From positions 42,733-106,732 of the forward strand of contig CAZXJN010000001.1 in the NCBI GenBank assembly GCA_964641015.1: 64,000 nucleotides of DNA. The letters are read 5' to 3'. How positions within the stretch are numbered: the stretch's first letter is position 1; the number at the start of each line of letters is the position of its first letter. Shown here in pieces: positions 10,484 to 18,430 of the stretch. The stretch comes from an uncultured Candidatus Saccharibacteria bacterium (GTDB lineage Bacteria; Patescibacteriota; Saccharimonadia; Saccharimonadales; JACDBH01). The notes under the pieces were generated by a model. That model saw only the letters and a program-made list of their open reading frames with translations. It ran no database searches and was not told the origin of the DNA. The translations under genes and the position numbers were made by a program.

Positions 10484-11077
10484 CTAGAGGGATTCGATTA
10501 CTTGGTCGACGAGGCCGTATTCTTTAGCCTCTTTGGCATCCATCCAGTAGTCGCGCTCCATGTCCTCGTGCACGGCTTTGACAGACTTGCCGGTATTCTT
10601 CGCGATGATTCCTTCCAGCAGCTTCTTGAGTCTTAGCGCTTCACGGAGATCGATTTCCTGGTCGGTTACCTTGCCGCGAGTGCCTGAGCTTGGCTGATGA
10701 ATCATTACCGTTGCATGCGGCAGCAGGTATCTTTTACCTTTTTCACCTGAGCTTAGCAGGAATGCCGCAGCAGACGCCTGCACCCCAATCCCATAGGTGT
10801 GCACGGGAGATTTTACAAACTTCATCGTGTCGTAGATTGCGAATGCATCATATACGCTGCCTCCCGGGCTATTGATATAAAAATGAATCGGTTTGTCCTG
10901 GGACTGGTTGTCCAAAAAGAGCATCTGAGCCACTACCAGATTGGCGGTGTGCGGATTTACATCTTCACCTAGAAAAATAATTCGATCTTTGAGCAGACGA
11001 GAATAAATATCATAGGCGCGCTCAATACGGCCTTCTTGCTCAATCACTGTTGGTATAAGTATATTGCTTGGTTTCAT
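10484..11077 (-). CDS. clpP: ATP-dependent Clp protease proteolytic subunit
   Basis: [37 protein letters not shown]...[18 protein letters not shown]...MIHQPSSG is the ClpP catalytic core. Start moved from the ORF-track extension (11143) to ATG 11077, which has GGGAG upstream. The extension would run through the CIRCE operator. Confidence 0.9.
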   Translation of the reverse strand: MKPSNILIPTVIEQEGRIERAYDIYSRLLKDRIIFLGEDVNPHTANLVVAQMLFLDNQSQDKPIHFYINSPGGSVYDAFAIYDTMKFVKSPVHTYGIGVQASAAAFLLSSGEKGKRYLLPHATVMIHQPSSGTRGKVTDQEIDLREALRLKKLLEGIIAKNTGKSVKAVHEDMERDYWMDAKEAKEYGLVDQVIESL

Positions 11078-11124
11078 AAACGTAGTACCTGCTCCCTTTA
11101 GAGTCATATCTCTAGTGTAACATA

Positions 11125-11161
11125 GACAGTTAGCACTCTTCAAGCTCGAGTGCTAACTGTC
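11125..11161. promoter_or_regulatory. CIRCE operator (HrcA-type) upstream of clpP
   Basis: gacagTTAGCACTCttcaagctcGAGTGCTAActgtc. The core matches the CIRCE consensus TTAGCACTC-N9-GAGTGCTAA exactly and lies ~50 nt upstream of the clpP start. Confidence 0.6.
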
Positions 11162-11620
11162 TAGATTCTTTCCTGCGCTGTACAATGTGACCCCAAGCAC
11201 GCCTGCACGAACCGCCTGATTGTAATCTCTTTGCGTAACCCCCACGGCGCAACCGGCAAACAGAACCGCGCTTGCATATAATAGCCCCTTGCCGACCTTT
11301 TGCCTTCTTGAATACGTCGCGGCAGATTGGTTTGGAGCGCTGTCTAGCAGCGGGTTGCTCCAGGGGCTAATGGTGCGTGGGCCAATCGTACTTCGCACCT
11401 CTTCCAATCGGGCTTCTGTGACCTGCCAGAGATGTCCGAGCATCTCGGATTTATGATATGGTTCACCGTCTGTTGAGAATGCAATCTCGGCTATCTCTTG
11501 CTCTAGCCACGGATACTGTTCTACGAGCCACGCAGAGAACTCTTTTACGAACACCTCTTCGGTAGCATCGTTCGGATTAATATACCCACCCACGTCTTCG
11601 GGGTTAGGCAGTTCCGGCAT
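11153..11620 (-). CDS. Hypothetical protein (155 aa, C-terminal hydrophobic segment) between tig and clpP
   Basis: Non-repetitive ORF. Overlaps the tig stop by 17 nt (possible coupling). Its stop codon lies inside the CIRCE arm. No family recognised. Confidence 0.5.
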   Translation of the reverse strand: MPELPNPEDVGGYINPNDATEEVFVKEFSAWLVEQYPWLEQEIAEIAFSTDGEPYHKSEMLGHLWQVTEARLEEVRSTIGPRTISPWSNPLLDSAPNQSAATYSRRQKVGKGLLYASAVLFAGCAVGVTQRDYNQAVRAGVLGVTLYSAGKNLDS

Positions 11621-12887
11621 AGTTTCGCAACTTCTCCATGGTTTTTTCGGTACGGATTCTGGTTTCGATATCGCGCAGAGCTTCAGGCTTGTTGAGCTCA
11701 GCCTGTGCAGTCGGGTCCTGGTATTGACCCTTCATGAGCTGCAAACGGACCTCAACCTCTTCGGGTGTTACCGTTACTCCTTCGGCATCTGCAACTTCGG
11801 AGAGCAAAATACCGATTTTTACTCGCTGCTCTGCAGCCGGGCGTTTTTGCTCACGATGCTCTTCGGCTGTTACGCCTTCTTCTTCCAGGTGCTCCTCCCA
11901 CGTCTGGCCGCGGTACATCAGATTTTGCTTTTCTTCTTGCTCTATACGTTCAATCTGCTCGTCTACCAGCAGCGCAGGAATTTCTATTTTGGACTTTTCA
12001 GCCAATTTTTCGAGCAGCTCATTGTCGTACTGCGCCTGAGCTTCGCGCTCGCGCTCGAATGACAGCTGCTTTTTGATATCTTCTTTGAGTTCATCAAGCG
12101 TTTTGAATGGACCGACTGCCGCCGCAAAATCATTGTCAAGTTTTGGCTCTGTTATCTCTTGGACCTTGTGAACCTCTATGGCAAAGGTGACTTTCTTGTT
12201 CTGCAGCGCTTTAGCCGCATAATCTTTAGGGAATGTGACGGTAAAGGACTTTTTGTCTCCTGCCTTGAGCCCCACAACTTCTTCCTCAAATCCAGGAATA
12301 AACGAATTACTGCCCAAAATCAGCGGGTACTCTTTGGCATCTGCGCCTTGCACAGGGTCGCCCTTTGCATCGGTGCCTTTAAAGTCAATAATTACCTCAT
12401 CACCCATCTTGGCGGCACGTGCTGTCTCGGTACGGGTAGCAGAGCGGGTTTTTAGAGATTTGATTACCTCGTCGACATCTTTAGCCGTAATCTTGACATC
12501 TTTTTTTGCAAGCTTGGTTTTTTTGTAGTCCGCAAGTTTGATTGCACCAATTGAATCCACCTCTGCCTCGAACTCAAGCTCAGTAAACGGCACGAACTTT
12601 TTTATAGCAATCTGCGGGTTAGCTACCGGACGGATGTCTTCTTTGCGTACCGCCGAAGAGTACAGATTATTGATAGCATGCTCGATCACTTCTGATTGCA
12701 GCGCATTTTGATTAACATGCTTCTCTACCACTGCAGGCGGTACATGCCCTTCGCGGAAGCCAGGAACCTTTACCTGGGCGGACAAATGAGAAATCGCTAC
12801 TTTTTTGGCGGCGGCCAGCTCTTTGGGCTCGGCTGTAATTACTAATTTTGTTTTGGTTGGTTCTGGATTGGTACGAGTTATATGCAT
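11604..12887 (-). CDS. tig: Trigger factor
   Basis: 427 aa. N-terminal ribosome-binding domain, FKBP-like PPIase core (…GDEVIIDFKGTDAKGDPVQGA…) and C-terminal domain. Located upstream of clpP. Confidence 0.9.
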   Translation of the reverse strand: MHITRTNPEPTKTKLVITAEPKELAAAKKVAISHLSAQVKVPGFREGHVPPAVVEKHVNQNALQSEVIEHAINNLYSSAVRKEDIRPVANPQIAIKKFVPFTELEFEAEVDSIGAIKLADYKKTKLAKKDVKITAKDVDEVIKSLKTRSATRTETARAAKMGDEVIIDFKGTDAKGDPVQGADAKEYPLILGSNSFIPGFEEEVVGLKAGDKKSFTVTFPKDYAAKALQNKKVTFAIEVHKVQEITEPKLDNDFAAAVGPFKTLDELKEDIKKQLSFEREREAQAQYDNELLEKLAEKSKIEIPALLVDEQIERIEQEEKQNLMYRGQTWEEHLEEEGVTAEEHREQKRPAAEQRVKIGILLSEVADAEGVTVTPEEVEVRLQLMKGQYQDPTAQAELNKPEALRDIETRIRTEKTMEKLRNYAGTA

Positions 12888-13034
12888 AGAAAGCTACTGT
12901 AACAGATACAGCAGCAGTTTTCAATTTGCAATTATCAATTTTTGAATAAAAGCTGCAATGTTTTAATTGTCAAACCTTTGGGCAAGCACATCATTGATAA
13001 TTAAATGAAAATTGGAAATTAAAGTGTTTGAAAA

Positions 13035-14339
13035 TTATTTTCTGTGATCTTTGACGATGCTCACAATCCGTTGCAGCGAATGTGTTTCTTCGGTGCTTGC
13101 GGCGAGATTTTTGAGTTTGTACTGTTCAGCTTCGACTTCTTGCTCGCCAACGAATACCACGTACGCCACGCCTGATTTGATAGCAGCCTTCAGCTGCTTT
13201 TCGGTTTTGCGGGCAGTCAGATCAATCGCCGTATTCACGCCCATTTCACGTAATTCAGCCGCCACTTTCATAGCCGCATCTCCTACATCTCCGATCGGTA
13301 TCAGTACCACCTCGGTTGCGGGCTTGGCGTCTGGAACAAGCTTCCAGCCTTTCAAAAACTCCATCAGCACTACATCGCTGATAGCAAAGCCAATGGTCGG
13401 GATCGGCTCCACGCCAAACAAGCCTACCAGTCCGTTATAACGCCCGCCGCCGAACATCGAACGATTGTTATCCGGGTTAGTATCAAATACTTCAAACACA
13501 AAGTCAGTATAGTAATCAAGCCCACGCATCAGTGATATATCAAACCGAAGATTCGTAACACCAGCTTGCTCAATCCGCTCTATTATTTCTTTTAGCTTGC
13601 TGCAGGCAGCTGATTGCTGTAGCTCTTCTGGCAGATCAGCCAGGGTCTTAGCCTGCAGAGTGCCTAGCAGCTTTTCGTCAGCACCCTGATCGCGTAAGCT
13701 GGGCGGAATAGACGCCTCAATCAGCCCGACAAATTCTGGCCGGGGCATCTTATGCATCCGGTCTATAAGCCGGGAGACCGTTTTTTGCTCTACCTCATTG
13801 AGTCCGATCCATTCCCCGAGCACGTAATTCATAAACTCCCGGCTGTTCACACGTATCTCGTACATGTCGCTGCGCGCTGCAAATCCTTTCATAAGCGAAT
13901 CGACCATCTGAATCATTTCGACCTCAGCGGCGACTTCCTCTACCCCAAACAAATCAACATTAAGCTGGTAGAACTCCCGCCCGCGGCCTTTTTGCGGCCG
14001 CTCATAGCGCCAGCACGATGGAATCGAAAACCAGCGTATGGGCAAAGGCAGCTCCTGGCGGCGGCCAGCTACCATGCGTGCAGCACTGGGCGTGATTTCC
14101 GGACGCAGCATAATCTCACGACCGCCGCGATCAGTAAAGCTATAGGATTGCTCGTTAACTAATTCATCACCGGATTTCGCGGCAAACAGCTCGACTGGCT
14201 CAAGTATAGGCGCGTCGTATTCTTCATAGCCGTACAGATGGCATACGTTTCGCCACACTTCAAACAGGCGATTTCTGATACGCATGTCCTCAGGATAAAA
14301 ATCCCGCGCACCTTTGTAGGGTTGGGTTGATAGGTTCAT
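13035..14339 (-). CDS. hisS: Histidyl-tRNA synthetase
   Basis: 434 aa. Class II aaRS motifs (…REIMLRPEITPS…, …GGGRYNGL…) and a C-terminal anticodon-binding domain. Confidence 0.92.
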   Translation of the reverse strand: MNLSTQPYKGARDFYPEDMRIRNRLFEVWRNVCHLYGYEEYDAPILEPVELFAAKSGDELVNEQSYSFTDRGGREIMLRPEITPSAARMVAGRRQELPLPIRWFSIPSCWRYERPQKGRGREFYQLNVDLFGVEEVAAEVEMIQMVDSLMKGFAARSDMYEIRVNSREFMNYVLGEWIGLNEVEQKTVSRLIDRMHKMPRPEFVGLIEASIPPSLRDQGADEKLLGTLQAKTLADLPEELQQSAACSKLKEIIERIEQAGVTNLRFDISLMRGLDYYTDFVFEVFDTNPDNNRSMFGGGRYNGLVGLFGVEPIPTIGFAISDVVLMEFLKGWKLVPDAKPATEVVLIPIGDVGDAAMKVAAELREMGVNTAIDLTARKTEKQLKAAIKSGVAYVVFVGEQEVEAEQYKLKNLAASTEETHSLQRIVSIVKDHRK

Positions 14340-14372
14340 GGTTGGTTTTAATTATACGGTATCTGGTAGCTT

Positions 14373-14402
14373 ATAAAAAACGCCAGATGAGCTCATCTGG
14401 CG
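14373..14402 (-). terminator. Rho-independent terminator (minus strand) in the hisS leader, downstream of gene 14484-15074
   Basis: Perfect 22-nt palindrome CGCCAGATGAGCTCATCTGGCG (14381-14402) followed on the minus strand by TTTTTTAT. Confidence 0.6.
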
Positions 14403-14443
14403 CTTCAGAGGTGTAATAGACCCCTCTATTCTTCTTATTGTAC

Positions 14444-14472
14444 ATTATAGCACAAATGTCAATACATGTCAA
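14444..14472 (-). promoter_or_regulatory. Consensus sigma70-type promoter (minus strand) upstream of the hisS leader
   Basis: Reverse complement reads TTGACA(14472-14467)-N17-TATAAT(14449-14444), then gtacaat-aagaaga-aTAGAGGGGTC. This resembles the recurring TATAAT-N7-TAGGGT module. Confidence 0.45.
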
Positions 14473-14483
14473 GTATGAGCGGT

Positions 14484-15074
14484 TTACTGGTCTTTGTAAA
14501 GCTTCTCTGTCTTGGCCTCGGTAAACCGGCCGACCTTGTCCTTGGCATTATCCAAAGTCACCAGGAATATGCGTGCTAGGAATGAAAATTTGTCTTCGGT
14601 GTCCATTCTGAGCACCGGCAGACCGGTAAATGCTTGCTTGCCGACATTTCTTTCCAGCATGGCTACACTGGACTTGATGGCTGTATGCTCAAAGCTGAAG
14701 TTTTCTATGCGGCCAAAGCAGTCGTCGCGCAGCTCGCGCAGGATATGCAGGTCGCGCCAGAGATTGTGGCTGATCACCCCTATGCGGAAGGCCAGATCAA
14801 TCTGGGACTCGAAGCTGTCTACCGTACCGCCCAGCAGGGTGTCTTCTTTTTGGTTGCTCGGCACCATAACGTTGCGCAGCAGGTCCTGGACGCTGCGCTC
14901 GATAGCAGCCACATAAATCAGTACCTTTGCTCTGGGTGATTCGCCCTTGACCAAGCTCTCGGCCCGCTCGAGTGCCGCAAAGAATTCCTCGCGCTCGTTT
15001 ACTAGGATTTTGCTGCTTTTGCCGCTGCTGGCGCCTAAGTCGTTTTGTTCTACAAACTGGATGTCTTTAGCCAC
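14484..15074 (-). CDS. HEPN/MtlR-like protein (mannitol-repressor family fold), hypothetical
   Basis: 196 aa. GESPRAKVLIYVAAIERSVQDLL resembles the MtlR/YggD motif. The R-x5-H in FRIGVISHNLWRDLHILRELRDD is HEPN-like. Confidence 0.4.
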   Translation of the reverse strand: MAKDIQFVEQNDLGASSGKSSKILVNEREEFFAALERAESLVKGESPRAKVLIYVAAIERSVQDLLRNVMVPSNQKEDTLLGGTVDSFESQIDLAFRIGVISHNLWRDLHILRELRDDCFGRIENFSFEHTAIKSSVAMLERNVGKQAFTGLPVLRMDTEDKFSFLARIFLVTLDNAKDKVGRFTEAKTEKLYKDQ

Positions 15075-15184
15075 TGTTTCGCTCCCTCGTATTTACTCTA
15101 TTGTAGCATAAGAGAAAAGTGTTTTTGTACTGACAGCAAAAACTCCCCGCCAGTCCGGCAAGGAGTCTTTTGCTGTTAAAATTA

Positions 15185-15895
15185 CTAAAGTGACAGCTCG
15201 CTGATGGGGAGCGCTCCTTCTGGGGCAGCAATGGAAACATCACGATAATCGATATCCATCGCCATATTGCCGGTAAATCCGCCGGAGGAGACGTACTTTC
15301 TGGGCAAGTAATCTTTGTCGCCAAACCAGCACTCTACCACGGTTTCACCCAAGATACCGCCGCTCATTCGATAGTGAAAACAAGTCGCATCACCGCACGG
15401 CACTTTGCCAAGATTCTCATATGTGATACCTGCCGTTGTAGCGATACTAAAGTTCACAGGATCAGCTGCCGCATAGCTCGCATCGCCTGTGCTGTCGTAC
15501 CACTTGCCGAACATATTGACGTACTGTCTGCCGTTGTAGGTGATACTGTCCATGCCGCCGGTAATTTCGGAGTTGCCTTTGCCGTCGTATTTTGCGGTAA
15601 TCACCGCACCGTCAATATCTAGTGTGACTACAGAGGAGAACTGGCTTAGGTCGGTTATCGATCCGACACGGCAGATATTTTCGTCGCCTGTCACCCTGAC
15701 GCAATCGTCGCTCAGCGTCGCTGTATTGGTCTGGTTGGTTACAGGTGCGCCTTCGGCATCCTCATTGTTGTTGTAGCTTGAAATTCTCCAGTAAGCAATA
15801 CCACCGACTGCAACCACTGCTAGCACCAGCAGGATTACACTCATTGATATCATACCCCGAGAGTCCTTGTGCAGATTTAGTTTTTTAAGAGACAT
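15185..15895 (-). CDS. Hypothetical secreted/membrane-anchored protein (236 aa)
   Basis: N-terminal TM/signal segment (ISMSVILLVLAVVAVGGIAYW), then a Gly/Ser/Thr-rich domain with several Cys. No family recognised. Confidence 0.5.
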   Translation of the reverse strand: MSLKKLNLHKDSRGMISMSVILLVLAVVAVGGIAYWRISSYNNNEDAEGAPVTNQTNTATLSDDCVRVTGDENICRVGSITDLSQFSSVVTLDIDGAVITAKYDGKGNSEITGGMDSITYNGRQYVNMFGKWYDSTGDASYAAADPVNFSIATTAGITYENLGKVPCGDATCFHYRMSGGILGETVVECWFGDKDYLPRKYVSSGGFTGNMAMDIDYRDVSIAAPEGALPISELSL

Positions 15896-16017
15896 TGTTG
15901 TCTTTGCCCTCCCTAGATTTTAAAGCTTTAGCATTATTGTAGACATAAGGGAGTTGTAAGTAAACAAATACTTGCTGCGTTTTGGTTTATGCTCTAGTTT
16001 TTCACCTTATCTAAAGC

Positions 16018-16045
16018 TAAGAACCCACCAAAAGATGGGTTCTTA
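16018..16045 (-). terminator. Hairpin downstream of tRNA-Leu (possible tRNA terminator)
   Basis: TAAGAACCCA-ccaaaaga-TGGGTTCTTA, a 10-bp stem located 25 nt 3' of the tRNA on the minus strand. The U-tract is weak. Confidence 0.35.
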
Positions 16046-16070
16046 GCGGGCTTCGCATATAGTAAAGTTT

Positions 16071-16155
16071 TGGTGCGCGAGAAAGGACTTGAACCTTCAC
16101 GCCGTGAGGCACTAGTTCCTAAGACTAGCGTGTCTACCAATTCCACCACTCGCGC
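16071..16155 (-). tRNA. tRNA-Leu (anticodon UAG), class II with long variable arm
   Basis: Minus-strand sequence GCGCGAGTGGTGGAATTGGTAGACACGCTAGTCTTAGGAACTAGTGCCTCACGGCGTGAAGGTTCAAGTCCTTTCTCGCGCACCA. It has a 7-bp acceptor stem, anticodon loop CTTAGGA, T-loop TTCAAGT and an encoded CCA. Confidence 0.85.
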
Positions 16156-16390
16156 ATCCAAAAGCTTACTATATGTTAATGTTGCCAACTCCATCAGTCC
16201 CCTGTTTTATTCGTGCAGGCCGGTAGGTGCTGAGGCTCCGGCAAATCAGGCCTGCCTGGAGCGGCCAGCTTTGCATAATTTAAAAAGCTGTCTCTTCGGG
16301 GGCTTGATGATGAAAGGTGGTGTAAAACAGATTGATTCTAGCATTTTTTGGATAACTTGTATACAGTTAATCCTAAGAAGAGGGAGTAAA

Positions 16391-17062
16391 ATGGCTAAAC
16401 AAAAAACTGTGCCAGCGATTGACCTGCTGATACCCAGTGCGACGATTATCAAAGATAATGTGTTGGTGTTTTTTATCCTGCTGGTAGTGCCCTTGCTGCT
16501 AAGCAACGTTACCGGTCCGGCGCCAGTACTATCAGAAACACCAACGCTCGCAGAGCTAGCCGAAGCATTGCGTGCTAGGATCACCCCTGCAGCAGTCATC
16601 GGCTCGATGCTTACGCTGCTGTTCTATCCGCTGCTTACGTATGTACAATGGTATGCAGCCAAACACGGTACTGTCTCACTCAGGCAGGCGGCGCAAAGAG
16701 GGGCAGCACACTACTGGCGCCTTCTCGGGCTGCTTATTCTGATGTCGATGATTATAGGGATTGGGCTCGCAGCATTCATCATACCTGGCATTATTTTTCT
16801 GAGGATGTTTATTCTGTCGCCGTTTTATCTCATCCAGCACAATTTGTCGATTACGGACGCACTCCGCCAGTCTGCGCGGGAGTCAAAGAGTTATAAATGG
16901 CCGATTTACTCAGTGCTCGCGGTCATTGCTTTATTTAGCATCACCACGTCATTCGGTGTGTTGGGTCAAATTGCCGGCACTATCTTGACTGTCTTGTACA
17001 ACCTGGCTCTTGCACTACGGTTTCACGAAATTCATAAATCTAGCCAAACAAAAGCTCGTTAA
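16391..17062 (+). CDS. Hypothetical polytopic membrane protein (~223 aa)
   Basis: Start set at ATG 16391 (GGGAG RBS), because the ORF-track extension overlaps the tRNA. Four to five predicted TM helices. Confidence 0.55.
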   Translation: MAKQKTVPAIDLLIPSATIIKDNVLVFFILLVVPLLLSNVTGPAPVLSETPTLAELAEALRARITPAAVIGSMLTLLFYPLLTYVQWYAAKHGTVSLRQAAQRGAAHYWRLLGLLILMSMIIGIGLAAFIIPGIIFLRMFILSPFYLIQHNLSITDALRQSARESKSYKWPIYSVLAVIALFSITTSFGVLGQIAGTILTVLYNLALALRFHEIHKSSQTKAR

Positions 17063-17595
17063 AGCTGCCTGTAGATAAAAAGCTCCGCATCGCCATAGGA
17101 TTTGTGCGACAAGAGCTCTTGGCGGCTTGGCGCAAACAAGAACCCAGTGTGCGGAGGCAGCGACACCACAATTATCCCGCTTGGTTTTGCGTGCCGGGCC
17201 AGTAGCAGCAACTCTTTGGGCTCAACCGCGTCGTAGGGCGGATCGAGTAGCAGGATATCAAACAGCCGATTTTGGTGGCGCCGGCTCCACGAATGAGCGT
17301 ATGCTCGAGTAATCTCAACCTCGTCGCTGCTAAGCTGCAGGCTGTCCCGGCTTTTTAGCATTTGTCTGTAAGCTCTGATATCAGCGTCGAGCACCACTGC
17401 ATGCGCCGCGCCTCGGCTGACCGCTTCAAAACTAAGCGCACCGGTGCCGCCGTACGGGTCAAAAACAGTCAGTCCGCTAATATCACCGAGTGCATTAAAG
17501 AGCGCTCCACGGATTTTCTCACTCATCGGATGCGTACGGTGTCCGGGCACTGCCTCAAAAGTCTGACCCCCCAGCCGCCCGGCGATTATTCGCAT
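17059..17595 (-). CDS. rsmD: 16S rRNA (guanine966-N2)-methyltransferase RsmD
   Basis: MRIIAGRLGGQTFEAVPGHRTHPMSEKIRGALFN...DPYGGTGALSFEAVSRGA...LLDPPY is the RsmD signature with the DPPY motif. Confidence 0.8.
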   Translation of the reverse strand: MRIIAGRLGGQTFEAVPGHRTHPMSEKIRGALFNALGDISGLTVFDPYGGTGALSFEAVSRGAAHAVVLDADIRAYRQMLKSRDSLQLSSDEVEITRAYAHSWSRRHQNRLFDILLLDPPYDAVEPKELLLLARHAKPSGIIVVSLPPHTGFLFAPSRQELLSHKSYGDAELFIYRQL

Positions 17596-18407
17596 AAGCC
17601 GGCTTCCTTGGCGGCCGCGTACCACAGCATAGTCACTGTCTTTACCATAGTCGGAGCCAGGCTGTGCCGTATCTCGTTGCTGAGCTTAGGCGTCCATCCC
17701 TTCTTTAAATACCGTACGAATAGATCCAAGGCTGCTATTTCGCGGGCACGATTAAGAAAATATGTTTCGTGGCCGTGCACCTCAATCTCTTCAAAATCAC
17801 GCTTTTTGGGGCGAGCATCCGGCAGGCGCAAGGGGCGGATCAGCATTGTAAACCCAAGCTCAAAGGTGACATGCGACGTAAGTGGACCTTTTGGTATGTA
17901 AGCCCTTGCAGTGTTTTTTAGGGTGTCAGCTGCACCTTCGCCCCTAAAGATGAGTTTGTTGAAAATAGAGTTGCGGGTTTCGTTACCCTCACCACCGCGG
18001 AGTTCGGCGATCTTCTCTTCGTACGGATAGTGGTGCGCGGGAGTCAGTCCGTCGACAACCGCGTGCGCCAGCCAGGCAGCCTCAAACGCTGCTCGCTCGT
18101 TGTCGTTTTTCTTCAAATGCTTTACCAGCGCCTCGTAGTGTGCGGTGATGGTGTGCAGAAAATCCCTGTTTTCATCCTCATCACCGAATGGGTCTATGAA
18201 GTGCCAAGGCTCGTCATAGCCGGGGCTTTTTCGCTTCATACCGTCAGGGCCGTTTTTTCCCTCGAATCGTAGAATCTCCTTGATAGTGGGAAACGGTGCG
18301 TCTTCTGGTAAGAATTCTGACAAATGCCGTCGAGCAACGCGATCGATTTTCTGGTGTGCGCCCATAAGCTGACCAGAGTGTTTGGTGAGTACAAGTCCTG
18401 AATACAT
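17586..18407 (-). CDS. Zinc-dependent phospholipase C / S1-P1 nuclease-like family protein (hypothetical)
   Basis: WHFIDPFGD and LAHAVVDGLTPAHH match the HF.DP and H-x3-D-x3-P-x-H zinc-ligand patterns of the Zn-PLC family. Lies between recG and rsmD. Confidence 0.45.
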   Translation of the reverse strand: MYSGLVLTKHSGQLMGAHQKIDRVARRHLSEFLPEDAPFPTIKEILRFEGKNGPDGMKRKSPGYDEPWHFIDPFGDEDENRDFLHTITAHYEALVKHLKKNDNERAAFEAAWLAHAVVDGLTPAHHYPYEEKIAELRGGEGNETRNSIFNKLIFRGEGAADTLKNTARAYIPKGPLTSHVTFELGFTMLIRPLRLPDARPKKRDFEEIEVHGHETYFLNRAREIAALDLFVRYLKKGWTPKLSNEIRHSLAPTMVKTVTMLWYAAAKEAGLCE

Positions 18408-18430
18408 ATACTGTAGTATAGTCTATTTTG

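Noticed and set aside
16070-16390. 5' extension of ORF 16070-17062 (MVREKGLEPSRREALVPK…)
   Set aside because: It overlaps the tRNA-Leu gene on the opposite strand and has no RBS. The start was moved to ATG 16391, which has GGGAG upstream.
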